A DNA stretch of 64,000 nucleotides from Rhodospirillaceae bacterium (GTDB taxonomy: Bacteria > Pseudomonadota > Alphaproteobacteria > Rhodospirillales > Rhodospirillaceae), in NCBI GenBank assembly GCA_018666155.1, contig JABJAH010000036.1:991-64990 (forward strand). Direction: 5' to 3'. A program made the position numbers and the translations under genes. Of the stretch, positions 18,475 to 29,419 are shown piece after piece. Each line of letters starts with the position of its first letter. Within the stretch, counting starts at the first letter, position 1. The notes beneath the pieces were generated by a model that was not told the DNA's origin, did not search any database, and saw nothing but the letters and a program-made list of their open reading frames with translations.

Positions 18475-21400
18475 ATGGGCTGGCAATTCTGGATTGATCG
18501 CGGTGGCACATTCACGGATATCGTCGCACGGACTCCAACGGGTGAGCTTCGAACGGCGAAACTCTTATCGGAGAACGAAAAGCATTACAGCGACGCAGCG
18601 GTAGCGGGAATCCGGAAAATTCTGGAGCTCGCCGCGGGCGATCCATTTCCGAGTGACACGATCGACGCCATCAAGATGGGCACCACCGTTGCCACCAACG
18701 CCTTGTTGGAGCGCAAAGGTGAGCGAACACTTCTGGCTATAACGCACGGCTTTGCCGATGCCTTGCTGATCGGCACCCAACAGCGCCCGACCCTGTTTGA
18801 TCTCGACATCAAACGAGCGCCTATGCTTTACGCCGACGTATTGGAAGTGCCGGAGCGGCTTCTTGCAAATGGCGCGATCGAAACACCACTTGATGAATCG
18901 GCCGTTCGTGCAGGGTTGGAAAAAGCATTTGCGAACGGCTTTCGATCCGTCGCCATTACCTTGCTGCACGCAGACCGGCACCCTGCTCACGAGATAAGAG
19001 TCGGGCAAATCGCGAAAGATGTTGGGTTCACCCAAATTTCTGCGTCACACGATGTCATCCCACTGATGAAATTGATTGGTCGCGGCGACACAACCGTCGC
19101 AGATGCCTACCTCTCACCCGAATTGCGCCGATATGTACAGCATGTCGCCGACAACGTCGGAGGCGCACCTCTCCTGTTTATGCAATCCAATGGCGGACTG
19201 ACGGATGCACATCGGTTTCGTGGCAAGGATGCCATTCTGTCTGGTCCCGCTGGCGGTGTTGTCGGCATGGCAGGCGTAGCAGCCTCTGCGGGCTTCGACA
19301 AAGTCATCGGCTTCGATATGGGTGGAACGTCAACGGACGTGTCCCATTATGCTGGCTCATTTGAGCGCACGTTCGATACGACTGTCGCCGGTGTCCGGTT
19401 GCGGGCGCCGATGATGGACATCCACACGGTTGCAGCAGGCGGTGGCTCACAATGCCTCTTTGATGGCCTGCGCCTGAAGGTCGGACCGGAAAGCGCCGGG
19501 TCTAATCCCGGTCCAACGGCCTATCGCCGAGGCGGTCCCCTCACCGTTACGGACTGCAACGTTTTACTCGGTCGCATTCAGCCCGAATACTTTCCCGCTG
19601 TCTTTGGCGACTCCGCATCACAGCCATTGGATACAGAGTCGGTACAAACAGCCTTTGAAGACCTCGCGGCCGAGGTATCAGAGACCCTGGGCGAAACACA
19701 AACACCGGAAGCATTGGCAGACGGGTTCTTGACGCTCGCGGTGGAAAGTATGGCCCGCGCAATCAAGACGATATCCGTACAACGCGGACACGACGTATCC
19801 CAATACACCCTTGTTTGTTTTGGCGGCGCTGGGGGACAGCACGCCTGCCGCGTAGCCGACAGCCTCGGCATGGATCGAATATTCATTCCACCGTTCGCTG
19901 GTGTTTTATCTGCCTATGGCATGGGCTTAGCCGACTTACGCGTTTTGAAAGAACAAACCGTTGCGCTGCCACTCGATGCAACACACTTCGAACAAATCCA
20001 AGAGGCGATTTCGCCCCTTTCAAATCTGGCCCGTCAAAAACTAACGGCACAAGGCATCGCTGACCGAGACATAACGGTTAACGAACATATGCATGTTCGA
20101 TACGACGGTTCGGATTCCGCCATCCCCATTCGGGCCGGAACACTCCAATCGGTGTTAGAGGACTTTAAGGCGGAGCATGCCCAGCTGTTTGGGTTCTTGC
20201 AGCCCAACAAAGCCCTCGTCGTCGAAACGGTAACCTCTGAAGCCAGCGGCGGCGGCGCATCTATAGAGTTTCACGATAGGCCTGCTGCCAAAGCAGCAAA
20301 AGGGCTTGCCGCGCTGGAGAACGTTAGGCTCTGGTCTGACGGTGCTTGGCGGTCGGTTCCCGTTTTCGAATTAGACGCACTAGTGCCCGGGCAGAAAATC
20401 ATCGGACCGGCACTGCTAATCGACGCGAATGCCACTACGATCGTGGAAGCAGCCTGGCGCGCAGACATGAGTCCACTTGGTCACCTTATTTTATCTCGAC
20501 GTTCATCCAGTGCGGCGGCCGCGGCAATTGGTACTGGCACTAACCCGGTTCTGATTGAGATCTTCAATAGTCTGTTTATGTCGATTGCAGAGCAAATGGG
20601 AGCCGCGCTGCAGAACACGGCCCATTCGGTAAATATCAAAGAACGATTGGATTTTTCGTGCGCCGTCTTCGATGCCAGCGGTGCGCTCGTTGCCAATGCG
20701 CCGCACATGCCTGTTCATCTTGGCTCAATGGGCGAAAGCGTTCGTGCTGTTATTCAGGCCCACGACACGACAATGACGGCGGATGACGCATTCATAACCA
20801 ACGCCCCATACAACGGCGGGACCCATCTGCCAGACATCACTGTTGTGGCGCCCGTATTCGACAAGACCACCGGTGAACGTGTTTTCTTTGTCGCAGCCCG
20901 AGGACATCACGCCGACATTGGCGGCCTGACACCGGGATCTATGCCGCCCCACAGCCGTACTATCGATGAGGAAGGCGTGTTGTTTGATGCGGCACCGCTC
21001 GTCCGCAATGGTGTGCTGTTGGAAGCCGAGATTCGAGGCACCTTACTCTCAGGATCGTATCCAGCACGAACACCCGACCAGAACATCGCAGACCTCAGAG
21101 CCCAGATCGCGGCGTGCACTAAGGGGACAACCGAGCTGCACGCCATGATCGCCCAATACGGGCTTGATGGTGTCAAGGCTTACACAGGGTATGTCCAAGA
21201 CAACGCAGAAGAAGCCGTGCGCCGGGCGATTGACTCGCTACAAGAAGGCCGTTTCGTCGCCCCGATGGATGACGGCGGTGAAATCCATGTCGCCATTTCA
21301 ATAAATCGACAGGCTAGAGCAGCGACCGTCGACTTTACCGGAACATCTGCGCAACGTCCGAGCAACTATAATGCACCCGCTGCCGTATGCCGGGCCGCTG

Positions 21401-22077
21401 TCCTATACGTATTTCGAACACTGGTTGAAGACGACATTCCCTTGAATGAAGGATGCCTAAAACCGCTGACGCTGATTATTCCGGACGGTTCAATGTTGAA
21501 CCCGGTCTACCCCGCCGCCGTCGTGGCGGGGAATGTAGAGACGTCTCAGATCATTTGCGACGCCCTTTATGGGGCTGTGAATCGTCTTGCAGCAAGTCAA
21601 GGCACCATGAACAATCTGACGTTCGGGAACGCCACCTACCAGTACTATGAAACATTGTGCGGCGGCACAGGCGCCGGACCAGGCTTCGGTGGCGCAGACG
21701 CCATACACAGTCACATGACAAATTCCAGATTGACCGACCCCGAAGTGTTGGAGTGGCGATACCCCGTACTCCTCGAGTCATTCCACATACGCAGGGGATC
21801 AGGAGGGTCAGGCCTGCAAACAGGCGGAGACGGAGTCGTCCGCAAGATTCGTTTTCTCGAAGCAATGTCAGTGGCCATGCTCTCCGGACGCAGGACAACG
21901 GTTCCATTTGGGCTAGATGGCGGAGAGGCTGGGCTGCCTGGCGAAACCCACGTGGAACGCGCCAATGGCAAAAATCAAACCCTGACCTATGCCGACAACA
22001 CGGACGTCGAACCGGGCGACGTCGTTGTTATTGCCACGCCTGGCGGCGGGGGCTTTGGTCCCAAAAAGCAGCCTTAA
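18475..22077 (+). CDS. Fused hydantoinase A/B-family protein, 5-oxoprolinase (ATP-hydrolysing)-like
   Basis: The likely start gives [18 protein letters not shown], the canonical HyuA/oxoprolinase N-terminus. About 1200 aa. The C-terminal half is HyuB-like ([20 protein letters not shown]…). Confidence 0.85.
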   Translation: MGWQFWIDRGGTFTDIVARTPTGELRTAKLLSENEKHYSDAAVAGIRKILELAAGDPFPSDTIDAIKMGTTVATNALLERKGERTLLAITHGFADALLIGTQQRPTLFDLDIKRAPMLYADVLEVPERLLANGAIETPLDESAVRAGLEKAFANGFRSVAITLLHADRHPAHEIRVGQIAKDVGFTQISASHDVIPLMKLIGRGDTTVADAYLSPELRRYVQHVADNVGGAPLLFMQSNGGLTDAHRFRGKDAILSGPAGGVVGMAGVAASAGFDKVIGFDMGGTSTDVSHYAGSFERTFDTTVAGVRLRAPMMDIHTVAAGGGSQCLFDGLRLKVGPESAGSNPGPTAYRRGGPLTVTDCNVLLGRIQPEYFPAVFGDSASQPLDTESVQTAFEDLAAEVSETLGETQTPEALADGFLTLAVESMARAIKTISVQRGHDVSQYTLVCFGGAGGQHACRVADSLGMDRIFIPPFAGVLSAYGMGLADLRVLKEQTVALPLDATHFEQIQEAISPLSNLARQKLTAQGIADRDITVNEHMHVRYDGSDSAIPIRAGTLQSVLEDFKAEHAQLFGFLQPNKALVVETVTSEASGGGASIEFHDRPAAKAAKGLAALENVRLWSDGAWRSVPVFELDALVPGQKIIGPALLIDANATTIVEAAWRADMSPLGHLILSRRSSSAAAAAIGTGTNPVLIEIFNSLFMSIAEQMGAALQNTAHSVNIKERLDFSCAVFDASGALVANAPHMPVHLGSMGESVRAVIQAHDTTMTADDAFITNAPYNGGTHLPDITVVAPVFDKTTGERVFFVAARGHHADIGGLTPGSMPPHSRTIDEEGVLFDAAPLVRNGVLLEAEIRGTLLSGSYPARTPDQNIADLRAQIAACTKGTTELHAMIAQYGLDGVKAYTGYVQDNAEEAVRRAIDSLQEGRFVAPMDDGGEIHVAISINRQARAATVDFTGTSAQRPSNYNAPAAVCRAAVLYVFRTLVEDDIPLNEGCLKPLTLIIPDGSMLNPVYPAAVVAGNVETSQIICDALYGAVNRLAASQGTMNNLTFGNATYQYYETLCGGTGAGPGFGGADAIHSHMTNSRLTDPEVLEWRYPVLLESFHIRRGSGGSGLQTGGDGVVRKIRFLEAMSVAMLSGRRTTVPFGLDGGEAGLPGETHVERANGKNQTLTYADNTDVEPGDVVVIATPGGGGFGPKKQP

Positions 22078-22142
22078 CGCTTAGATGAGATAAACCCCTC
22101 AATCTGCATGGACGGCTAAGAAACACCTTTGTATCGTAGCCT

Positions 22143-23267
22143 ATGGCTCCACCAGGACATACGGTCACCCGACCCAGCGACGATGGCTTTTATTTGCCAG
22201 CTGAGTGGTGTCGGCATGCTCGCACATGGGCCGCCTGGCCGACCACTGATCCTGCCCATGCAGATGGTCTCGAAGACTTAAAAAGTGCGATCGCCCACTT
22301 AGTCCGAACGGTCCTACGGTATGAACCGGTAACCATATTAGCCACTCAAGACGATAGAGCCGAGGTTTTTAATTGGTGCGGGCCACAGGTCGATGCCCTA
22401 ACGATGCCGCACGATTCCGTCCGATTGCGGGATACCGGGCCGACCTTTTTGGTTGATGGCAAAGGAGGATCAGCAGCAACAGACTGGCAGTTTGACGGCT
22501 GGGCTGGACAAGCTGAGAACTGGCAACAAGATGCGATATTGACCCACTCACTTCTGGGTGAAATTGAGGTCAGGCGGTTCCGAGCTCCACTGAAGTTAGA
22601 GGGAACTGCATATTGCACCGATGGTGCGGGAACCTTGATTGCATCGTCCACCGCAGCTCTTGGTGACAATAGAAACCCCGGGGTATCCAAACTTGACGCT
22701 TTTGACATCCTATCCAGGTGGCTCGGCGTCACTCGTGTCATTTGGATAGACGAGTTCATCGGTGGCGATTCTGGCAACTGCGAGATACGGCGTCTCTGCA
22801 CCTTCGTCGCGCCGGGTCATGTCATCGTTAACCAGGCCAACGATGACCCTTTGCGGTCATCGCTAGATGCCTTAGCAGATCGTTTAGCAAACACTGAGGA
22901 TGCCAGAGGCGAACGGCTGCGCGTGGAGCGCATTCCGATGGCGGAAAAAGGGGTACACGCAGCAACCTATTCGACGTTCTACGTCTTCAACCAGGCCGTT
23001 CTTGTGCCTCAGTACGACCTCGTGTCAGACGAACCGGCACTGAACACTCTGAAGCAATTCTTTCCCGGCAGAGAAATGATCGGCGTCGACGCCAAGATCG
23101 CTCTCGATCATGGGGCGAGCCTATCCAGTCTGCTGCAGTATCAACCTGCGCGACTTTTGGAGCGCCACAAAGCTACTCTTTTACCGAGGTCAGCTTGGCA
23201 ACGACCAGCTCCCGACCACATCGGACTCCTGGAAGCCTACATAGCGAAAGTCGAAGAAGAGAACTAA
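22143..23267 (+). CDS. Agmatine deiminase / PAD_porph-fold protein, apparently lacking the catalytic Cys
   Basis: 374 aa. Family N-terminus LPAEWCRHARTWAAWP and DGAGT…NRNPG are present. The C-terminal position of the family GGGNIHCITQQQP motif reads HGASLSSLLQYQP. Confidence 0.7.
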   Translation: MAPPGHTVTRPSDDGFYLPAEWCRHARTWAAWPTTDPAHADGLEDLKSAIAHLVRTVLRYEPVTILATQDDRAEVFNWCGPQVDALTMPHDSVRLRDTGPTFLVDGKGGSAATDWQFDGWAGQAENWQQDAILTHSLLGEIEVRRFRAPLKLEGTAYCTDGAGTLIASSTAALGDNRNPGVSKLDAFDILSRWLGVTRVIWIDEFIGGDSGNCEIRRLCTFVAPGHVIVNQANDDPLRSSLDALADRLANTEDARGERLRVERIPMAEKGVHAATYSTFYVFNQAVLVPQYDLVSDEPALNTLKQFFPGREMIGVDAKIALDHGASLSSLLQYQPARLLERHKATLLPRSAWQRPAPDHIGLLEAYIAKVEEEN

Positions 23268-23271
23268 GAGA

Positions 23272-23787
23272 TTACTCGCCTGTTGTCCGACGACGAAGCG
23301 ACGGTGTCCAACTCACGTTCCCGTCTTTGAATCGCTCTATCGCGGCTTGCAGCACCTCATGTTCATCACAGCTACGCGGACAGAGTTCGCTCAGGCGCGC
23401 AAGATTTGCGTCCGCACCAGCCTTGTTCCCCAGCTTCAGATAAAGCTCGCCCTGGTACTCGAGCGCACCTTTATGATCAGGATCAAGCTCTAGCGCCCGC
23501 ACATAATTTTCCATGGCCTCATCGGTTTGGTCCATGTTGCGTTGACTGTACGCCAAGAGGTTGTAGGCATCCGCGTTGTCGGGGTCATCTTCCAAGGCCG
23601 TCCGCAACAAGTCTGCAGCCGCCTCAAAATCCCCCTCTTCGATTGCCAGCTCAGCGTCTTCGATGTTTTCCTCAGACGATCCCCCAGAACCCATTGCCAT
23701 GACGCCTGTACTCGAGACCGCCAATAGGCAGGCAACTGATAGAGTGCCAAAGAATGACTGGAGTGAATAGTGACGTAACGTGATCAT
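23272..23787 (-). CDS. Secreted TPR-repeat protein
   Basis: 171 aa. It has a signal-peptide-like N-terminus (…LLAVSSTGVMA), TPR-like repeats (ALEDDPDNADAYNLLAYS, ALELDPDHKGALEY), and CPRSC near the C-terminus. Confidence 0.65.
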   Translation of the reverse strand: MITLRHYSLQSFFGTLSVACLLAVSSTGVMAMGSGGSSEENIEDAELAIEEGDFEAAADLLRTALEDDPDNADAYNLLAYSQRNMDQTDEAMENYVRALELDPDHKGALEYQGELYLKLGNKAGADANLARLSELCPRSCDEHEVLQAAIERFKDGNVSWTPSLRRRTTGE

Positions 23788-24009
23788 GACAAACCTTTCT
23801 GGATTGGAGTGAATGGATCAACGTTCTGAAAGCTTAGAGCACCCCCGGTGCGCTGGCGAGTACACACCCCCAGATCATCCTCGTTGTCCTTACGGATAGA
23901 GCAAACTGGCCGCGAAAATCGCTGAATTCCAGGGCAAATAGAGGCGATCGCAGCCTGGCTCCATTGTCAGAAAGGGCAACCATCGCGCCTCCAGAGCGAG
24001 AGGCTATGG

Positions 24010-24225
24010 CTATTGCTGAAGCCGATCCGAAGGACTCGAGTCGGATATCAAACCCGACGGCTCGATCACGCTAGAACTGGGACTAGCGACAGGACCTGGT
24101 GCGACAACAAGATAAACCAGCCAAACGGCGATAAGGACCAGTGACAGAATAAGGAGGAGCTTACGCTCGATAGGCTGCCGGCTAGGCGCCTCCGTCTTTG
24201 CCTTGGGAGCGTGTTTTCCGGTCAT
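24010..24225 (-). CDS. Hypothetical small single-pass membrane protein
   Basis: 71-aa ORF with a basic N-terminus, one clear TM segment (LLLILSLVLIAVWLVYLVV) and a Ser/Pro-rich tail. There is no homology evidence. Confidence 0.3.
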   Translation of the reverse strand: MTGKHAPKAKTEAPSRQPIERKLLLILSLVLIAVWLVYLVVAPGPVASPSSSVIEPSGLISDSSPSDRLQQ

Positions 24226-24334
24226 ATGATTTGATAACGCCGCGGGTAGCTGGTGGCAAGGATACAGAACCTTGCCAAGGCTTGACGGTGCGCGTAGGAC
24301 ATTTCGAACGGGGTTTTAGAACAGGTACTATGAG

Positions 24335-25312
24335 TTGTCGGATCTTATTCCTTACGCCTACCTCATTATTGGATTGATCCTGCTAAGCGGCGGGGCGGAT
24401 TACCTCATTCGTGGCGCTGTCGCAGTTGCCACGCGCATGAACATATCGCCGCTCGTCGTTGGCCTCACCATCGTTGCCCTTGGCACGTCTCTACCGGAAC
24501 TCATCGTGTGTGTTCGTGCCGCCATGGCCGGTGCCTCAGGAATTGCGGTCGGGAATATTGTTGGCAGCAACATCGCGAACATTCTCCTTATTATCGGCGC
24601 CGGCGCCCTCATGTGCCCCATCTCAGCCAATCGCAATCATTTTCTACGGGACAGCCTTCTGATGCTGGGGGCTACGGGACTCTTCATTGCCATTGCCCTC
24701 ACCGGATCGTTCGCGGCCACATCAGGCGCAATTATGATTGCACTGCTCTTCGTCTTCCTAATTTTCTCCTATGTACAAGGAAGGAAGCATGGCACCGACG
24801 ACCTCAGCATGATCGATATGGACGAAATTGCGGCGGGAGACGCTGTCACACCATTGCGCGCCACACTCTGGATCGTGGGCGGCCTCATCGGGGTTGCAGT
24901 CGGCGCTGAGCTTCTGGTTGGTGGCGCCACCACGATTGCCAGAGGGCTCGGTGTCAGCGAAGAAGTCATCGGGCTAACTATGGTGGCCATAGGCACATCC
25001 TTGCCCGAGTTGGCGACGGTCATTGCCGCTGCCGCCAAACGCCAGACTGACCTTATCGTCGGCAACGTCATGGGTAGCAACATTTTCAACATATTAGGCG
25101 TGATGGGCGTTACTGCGACAGTCGCTGACGTGCCCGTGGGCGGGCAGATTCTGACGTTTGATATATGGGTCATGGCCGCTGCGGCGCTCATCCTAGTTCC
25201 GCTAATGTTGTCTGGTAGCATTCTGAATAGAAAAGAAGGGACAGCATGCCTAGCGTTGTATGCTGCGTACATCGCCGTTCAGTATATCGGGGTTGAACGC
25301 GTTTTCTCATGA
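24335..25312 (+). CDS. Ca2+/Na+ antiporter (YrbG/CaCA family)
   Basis: 325 aa and multi-TM, with the two alpha-repeat signatures GTSLPEL (…LGTSLPELIVCV… and …IGTSLPELATVI…). The start codon is TTG. Confidence 0.85.
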   Translation: MSDLIPYAYLIIGLILLSGGADYLIRGAVAVATRMNISPLVVGLTIVALGTSLPELIVCVRAAMAGASGIAVGNIVGSNIANILLIIGAGALMCPISANRNHFLRDSLLMLGATGLFIAIALTGSFAATSGAIMIALLFVFLIFSYVQGRKHGTDDLSMIDMDEIAAGDAVTPLRATLWIVGGLIGVAVGAELLVGGATTIARGLGVSEEVIGLTMVAIGTSLPELATVIAAAAKRQTDLIVGNVMGSNIFNILGVMGVTATVADVPVGGQILTFDIWVMAAAALILVPLMLSGSILNRKEGTACLALYAAYIAVQYIGVERVFS

Positions 25313-26079
25313 CACGCACGATGCCAAAAACGGTGTTGATAACTGGCGGTGCCAAGCGCATCGGCAAAGCAATTACTGAAAGCTTAGCCGCAAGTGGGTG
25401 GGCTACCGCAATTCACTATTTCGGCTCAAGCGACGAGGCGGCAGCACTCGCCAAATCGATCAACGCCGCAAACGGAAATGCGACCATCTTCTCAGCCGAC
25501 CTTAGTGATCCCAACGAGACGACTGACCTCATCCCTGCCGTGGTCGACACTTTAGGCCCCATCGGAGCACTTATTAATAATGCCTCGGTATTTGAGGAAG
25601 AAAGCTGGGATGATGTGACGCTGGAGTCTTGGACAAAACATCTGGGGATTAACCTTCACGCCCCATTTTTGTTGAGCCAAGCCTTTGCCCGCGCCTTACC
25701 TGATAATGCGGAGGGCTCCATCGTCAATATAATCGACCAGCGCGTCCTTAATCTGACACCCGAATTCATGTCATATACGGTGAGTAAATCTGGGCTGTGG
25801 ACGTTGACCCAAACCCTAGCAATGGCTCTAGCACCACGCATACGGGTTAACGGCGTCGGTCCCGGCCCAACGCTGCCAAACGAACGCCAGACAGATGAGG
25901 TTTTTCAAAGGCAGGTATCCGCCACACCAATGCGCAGAAAAGTCGAACTCAGTGACATTACGGCGGCGGTAACGTATTTGCTTACGGCTCGTACAGTTAC
26001 CGGCGAGATGATAGCTGTAGACAGCGGCGAACACCTGGGTTGGACCCAGCCAGTTGAAGGACAGTCATTTAATGGGTGA
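25309..26079 (+). CDS. Short-chain dehydrogenase/reductase (pteridine-reductase/FolM-like)
   Basis: 256 aa. TGGAKRIGKAI cofactor motif and YTVSK catalytic YxxxK. It lies immediately upstream of folB. ATGA overlap with the antiporter stop. Confidence 0.8.
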   Translation: MTRTMPKTVLITGGAKRIGKAITESLAASGWATAIHYFGSSDEAAALAKSINAANGNATIFSADLSDPNETTDLIPAVVDTLGPIGALINNASVFEEESWDDVTLESWTKHLGINLHAPFLLSQAFARALPDNAEGSIVNIIDQRVLNLTPEFMSYTVSKSGLWTLTQTLAMALAPRIRVNGVGPGPTLPNERQTDEVFQRQVSATPMRRKVELSDITAAVTYLLTARTVTGEMIAVDSGEHLGWTQPVEGQSFNG

Positions 26080-26491
26080 AGTCAGCAAATCGAGGGTTAT
26101 CGAGCCGCTGCGGATTGCCAACGCCGCGGATCAGGTCCGCCATGTGTTCATCCGTGACCTCGTCCTGCCTTGCGATATTGGCGTCCACCCCCATGAACAG
26201 GGCGCACCACAACGGGTTCGCATTAATCTCGATCTGGCCGTTACGGATGATGGAAACCCGCTCGCTGACCAGCTCGAGAACGTCGTTTGCTATGAAGACG
26301 TCGTGACTCGGATTCGGGCCATTACGAGTGACGGCCATATAAACTTGGTTGAGACTCTGGCGGAGCGGATCGCCCAAACTTGCCTCCAGCACCCCGACTG
26401 CGACACCGTCAGGGTGCGGATCGAGAAGTTGGACGTTTTTGAGGATGTCGAAAGTGTTGGAGTCGAAATAGAGCGTAAATCTATAGGCTGA
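26072..26491 (+). CDS. folB: Dihydroneopterin aldolase
   Basis: About 139 aa. VFIRDLVLPCDIGVHPHEQGAPQRVRINLDL and YEDVVTRI are FolB-like. ATG 26072 has GAAGGA 10 nt upstream. The longer TTG 26054 start is also possible. Confidence 0.8.
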   Translation: MGEVSKSRVIEPLRIANAADQVRHVFIRDLVLPCDIGVHPHEQGAPQRVRINLDLAVTDDGNPLADQLENVVCYEDVVTRIRAITSDGHINLVETLAERIAQTCLQHPDCDTVRVRIEKLDVFEDVESVGVEIERKSIG

Positions 26492-26876
26492 GACACGCCT
26501 ATCGCGCTTTAATCCATTGATTTGTCACATAAAGTACTCTTCGAATCAAAATTCGCCGCTAACAGGCCACGCGAGTCAAGCGAGTTGTGCACACCAATTT
26601 TCGAGTCTGTGAAGTTTGTTCAGGTGGGAGACATAACACTCCCCAATTTCGCATCCTCGCGTTTATAGAGCCTTTTTCTTTATATATTTCAATGGTTTAT
26701 GAAATTCTTCCGAAATTCGCAAGATTAACGAACTTTGGTCGTGTTTCTTCGGCTGAGAATGATTGCCGTCCTTATTCCCACAGAGTTTTCCAAAGCTTGA
26801 GCTGATATTTTCCAAGATTTTCAGGGATATACGGCTCGCAGTTGACCGAAAACGACATCGGTGCGACATCCGACCT

Positions 26877-28814
26877 ATGGATCGAACGCGAAGTGACCGG
26901 CCTGGACATCGGGACGACCCAGCAGAGGCCGTGCCCAAGGTCCTCAAAGAACAAGAAAGCCCTGGTCCGGTGGGCAAGGGGCTCACGGTAATCTCTGACG
27001 CGCTCAACACGTTGCCAAGCAGACCGGGCGTCTACCGCATGCTGAACGCCAAGGGAGATGCCCTGTACGTCGGCAAAGCGAAGAACCTCAAAAAAAGAGT
27101 AACGTCCTACACACGGATCGAACGCATGCCGATGCGACTTCAAAGGATGGTCACGGAAACGCACCATCTCGAAGTCGTCACGACTCATACGGAAGCAGAA
27201 GCTCTTCTGTTAGAGAGCAACCTGATCAAACAGCTGAAGCCCCGTTACAACATTCTCTTGAGAGACGACAAGTCGTTTGCCTACATCATGGTAACCGGCA
27301 CTCACCCCTACCCGCGCATTCTCAAGCATCGTGGGAAACGCAAACCACCTCATCAATATTATGGGCCGTTCGCATCTGCTGGCGCGGTAAACCATTCACT
27401 CGCCACGTTACAACGGGTGTTTCTATTGCGAACATGCTCAGATGCCGTGTTCACCAATCGCTCACGACCCTGCCTTCTCCACCAAATAAAGCGCTGCTGT
27501 GCTCCCTGCGTCGACAAAGTATCGGAAGAAAGTTATGGCGAATTAATCCGGCAAGCACAAAATTTCCTGAGCGGGGACAGCAACGAAATACAAGAAGAAC
27601 TCTCGCGGCAAATGGAAGCCTCAAGCGCTGAGTTGGATTTCGAGTCTGCGGCCACGTACCGCGACCGCATCCGAGCACTGACCAACGTGCAGAGTCACCA
27701 GGACATCAATCTTCCGTCAAACGACGACACGGATGTCATCGGCCTTCATCGTGCCGGTGGACAATCCTGCGTGCAGATATTCTTCTTCCGCGGAGGGCAA
27801 AACTTCGGTAACCGCGCATACTATCCGTCGCACAATGCCGATGACGAGGATGGCGCTATTATCGAAGCCTTCCTAGGCCAATTCTACGACGCCACAGCCG
27901 CACCGCCGACAATTTTGGTTAGTCACAGCCCACCCAATAAAGACCTGATCACTGAGGCGTTGGGCATACGCGCCGAACGAAAAGTTGAGATTCTAATTCC
28001 GGCACGCGGGAGCAAACGAAAACTGATCGACCACGTCACCCTCAATGCCAGGGAAGCGCTGGGGCGGCGCATGGCGGAAAGCACAGCGCAACTTAAGTTG
28101 CTCAGTTCTGTCGCAGAACTTTTCGATCTTCCTGCAGCGCCAGAGCGCGTCGAAGTATACGACAACTCTCACATCTCGGGCACACATATGGTCGGCGGCA
28201 TGATTGTATCTGGCCCAACGGGCTTCGAGAAAAACGCCTATCGCAAGTTCAACATTAAGAACGCCGACTTAGCACCCGGCGATGATTATGGCGCCATGCG
28301 AGAAGTGCTCACACGGCGATTCGCCAGGGCGCAAAAAGAAGACCCCGACAGAACAAAAGGTGTCTGGCCCGATCTGGTCTTGATCGACGGCGGCAAAGGC
28401 CAGCTCTCAACCGCACAACAGACTTTAGAGGACCTTGGTATTGATGACGTCCCTCTTGTCGCAATCTCCAAGGGACCCGATCGAAACGCAGGTCGAGAGC
28501 AATTTCATCGGGTGGGCAAGACACCGTTTACGCTACCACCGGCGCACCCCGCCCTATACTTCTTGCAAAGACTGCGGGACGAGGCCCATAGGTTTGCGAT
28601 TTCTGCTCACCGTAACCGGAGATCTAAAGCAATTGTACGGTCAGAGTTAGATGAGGTGGCCGGTATTGGCGGGCAGCGAAAAAAGGCACTGTTGCACCGT
28701 TTCGGATCTGCCAAGGCAGTGGCTCAGGCTGGTATCGAAGATTTATCGACGGTCGATGGAATAAGTGCGGGCTTGGCAAAAAAAATCTATGATTATTTCC
28801 ATCCGGACCACTAA
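26877..28814 (+). CDS. uvrC: Excinuclease ABC subunit C
   Basis: GIY-YIG N-terminal domain (PGVYRMLNAKGDALYVGKAKNLKKRV), a UVR domain, and a C-terminal (HhH)2. The start is set at the first ATG (MDRTRS…). The listed ORF extends further upstream into AT-rich sequence. Confidence 0.9.
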   Translation: MDRTRSDRPGHRDDPAEAVPKVLKEQESPGPVGKGLTVISDALNTLPSRPGVYRMLNAKGDALYVGKAKNLKKRVTSYTRIERMPMRLQRMVTETHHLEVVTTHTEAEALLLESNLIKQLKPRYNILLRDDKSFAYIMVTGTHPYPRILKHRGKRKPPHQYYGPFASAGAVNHSLATLQRVFLLRTCSDAVFTNRSRPCLLHQIKRCCAPCVDKVSEESYGELIRQAQNFLSGDSNEIQEELSRQMEASSAELDFESAATYRDRIRALTNVQSHQDINLPSNDDTDVIGLHRAGGQSCVQIFFFRGGQNFGNRAYYPSHNADDEDGAIIEAFLGQFYDATAAPPTILVSHSPPNKDLITEALGIRAERKVEILIPARGSKRKLIDHVTLNAREALGRRMAESTAQLKLLSSVAELFDLPAAPERVEVYDNSHISGTHMVGGMIVSGPTGFEKNAYRKFNIKNADLAPGDDYGAMREVLTRRFARAQKEDPDRTKGVWPDLVLIDGGKGQLSTAQQTLEDLGIDDVPLVAISKGPDRNAGREQFHRVGKTPFTLPPAHPALYFLQRLRDEAHRFAISAHRNRRSKAIVRSELDEVAGIGGQRKKALLHRFGSAKAVAQAGIEDLSTVDGISAGLAKKIYDYFHPDH

Positions 28815-28840
28815 ACTTTTCTCGAACAACATAACGACGG

Positions 28841-29413
28841 ATGCAGCGCGTGCTTAATTTGCCAAATATTCTAACTCTGTCTCGAATTTTCGTCATACCG
28901 ATCGTGATCGCACTTTTCTATTGGGATAGCCCCACGACACGCTGGGTCATGCTTGGGCTGTTTACGGTGGCAGGAATCACCGATTTCTTTGACGGCTATC
29001 TCGCACGTCGGAGCAATCAGGTCTCAGCATTTGGGCGGTTTCTTGATCCGATTGCGGACAAGCTATTGGTGGCCGCATTGCTTCTTATGCTGGTCGGGTT
29101 TGAACGTATGACGACGTGGTCCTACCTCCCTGCCGTCGTCATTCTGACACGCGAGCTTCTCGTTTCAGGATTGCGCGAGTTTCTCGCTCAAACTCAAGTC
29201 AGCGTTCCTGTATCCACACTCGCGAAATGGAAAACAACGCTTCAGATGTTTACCCTTGGGTTTCTCATCGTTGGATCAGATGCGCCAACATGGATTCCAG
29301 CGCAGGCAATCGGAGAAGTGGGGCTCTGGCTCGCCGCATTATTGACAATAATTACGGGCTACGATTACCTCAAAGCCGGACTCGTCCACATGCTCAAAGA
29401 CGAAGCGGAGTAA
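28841..29413 (+). CDS. pgsA: CDP-diacylglycerol--glycerol-3-phosphate 3-phosphatidyltransferase
   Basis: 190 aa with the CDP-alcohol phosphatidyltransferase motif DGYLARRSNQVSAFGRFLDPIADK. Confidence 0.9.
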   Translation: MQRVLNLPNILTLSRIFVIPIVIALFYWDSPTTRWVMLGLFTVAGITDFFDGYLARRSNQVSAFGRFLDPIADKLLVAALLLMLVGFERMTTWSYLPAVVILTRELLVSGLREFLAQTQVSVPVSTLAKWKTTLQMFTLGFLIVGSDAPTWIPAQAIGEVGLWLAALLTIITGYDYLKAGLVHMLKDEAE

Positions 29414-29419
29414 TACGGG

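Noticed and set aside
26587-26805. 72-aa ORF (and the antisense 115-aa ORF at 26663..27010) in the folB-uvrC gap
   Set aside because: The sequence is AT-rich with an implausible, Cys/Phe/Arg-biased composition and no ribosome-binding site. The ORFs overlap each other and the extended uvrC frame.
26492-26876. SOS (LexA) box upstream of uvrC
   Set aside because: The nearest candidates (GAAC-TTTGGTC-GTGT and GTTC-AGGTGGG-AGAC) fail the second half-site of the alphaproteobacterial GTTC-N7-GTTC consensus.
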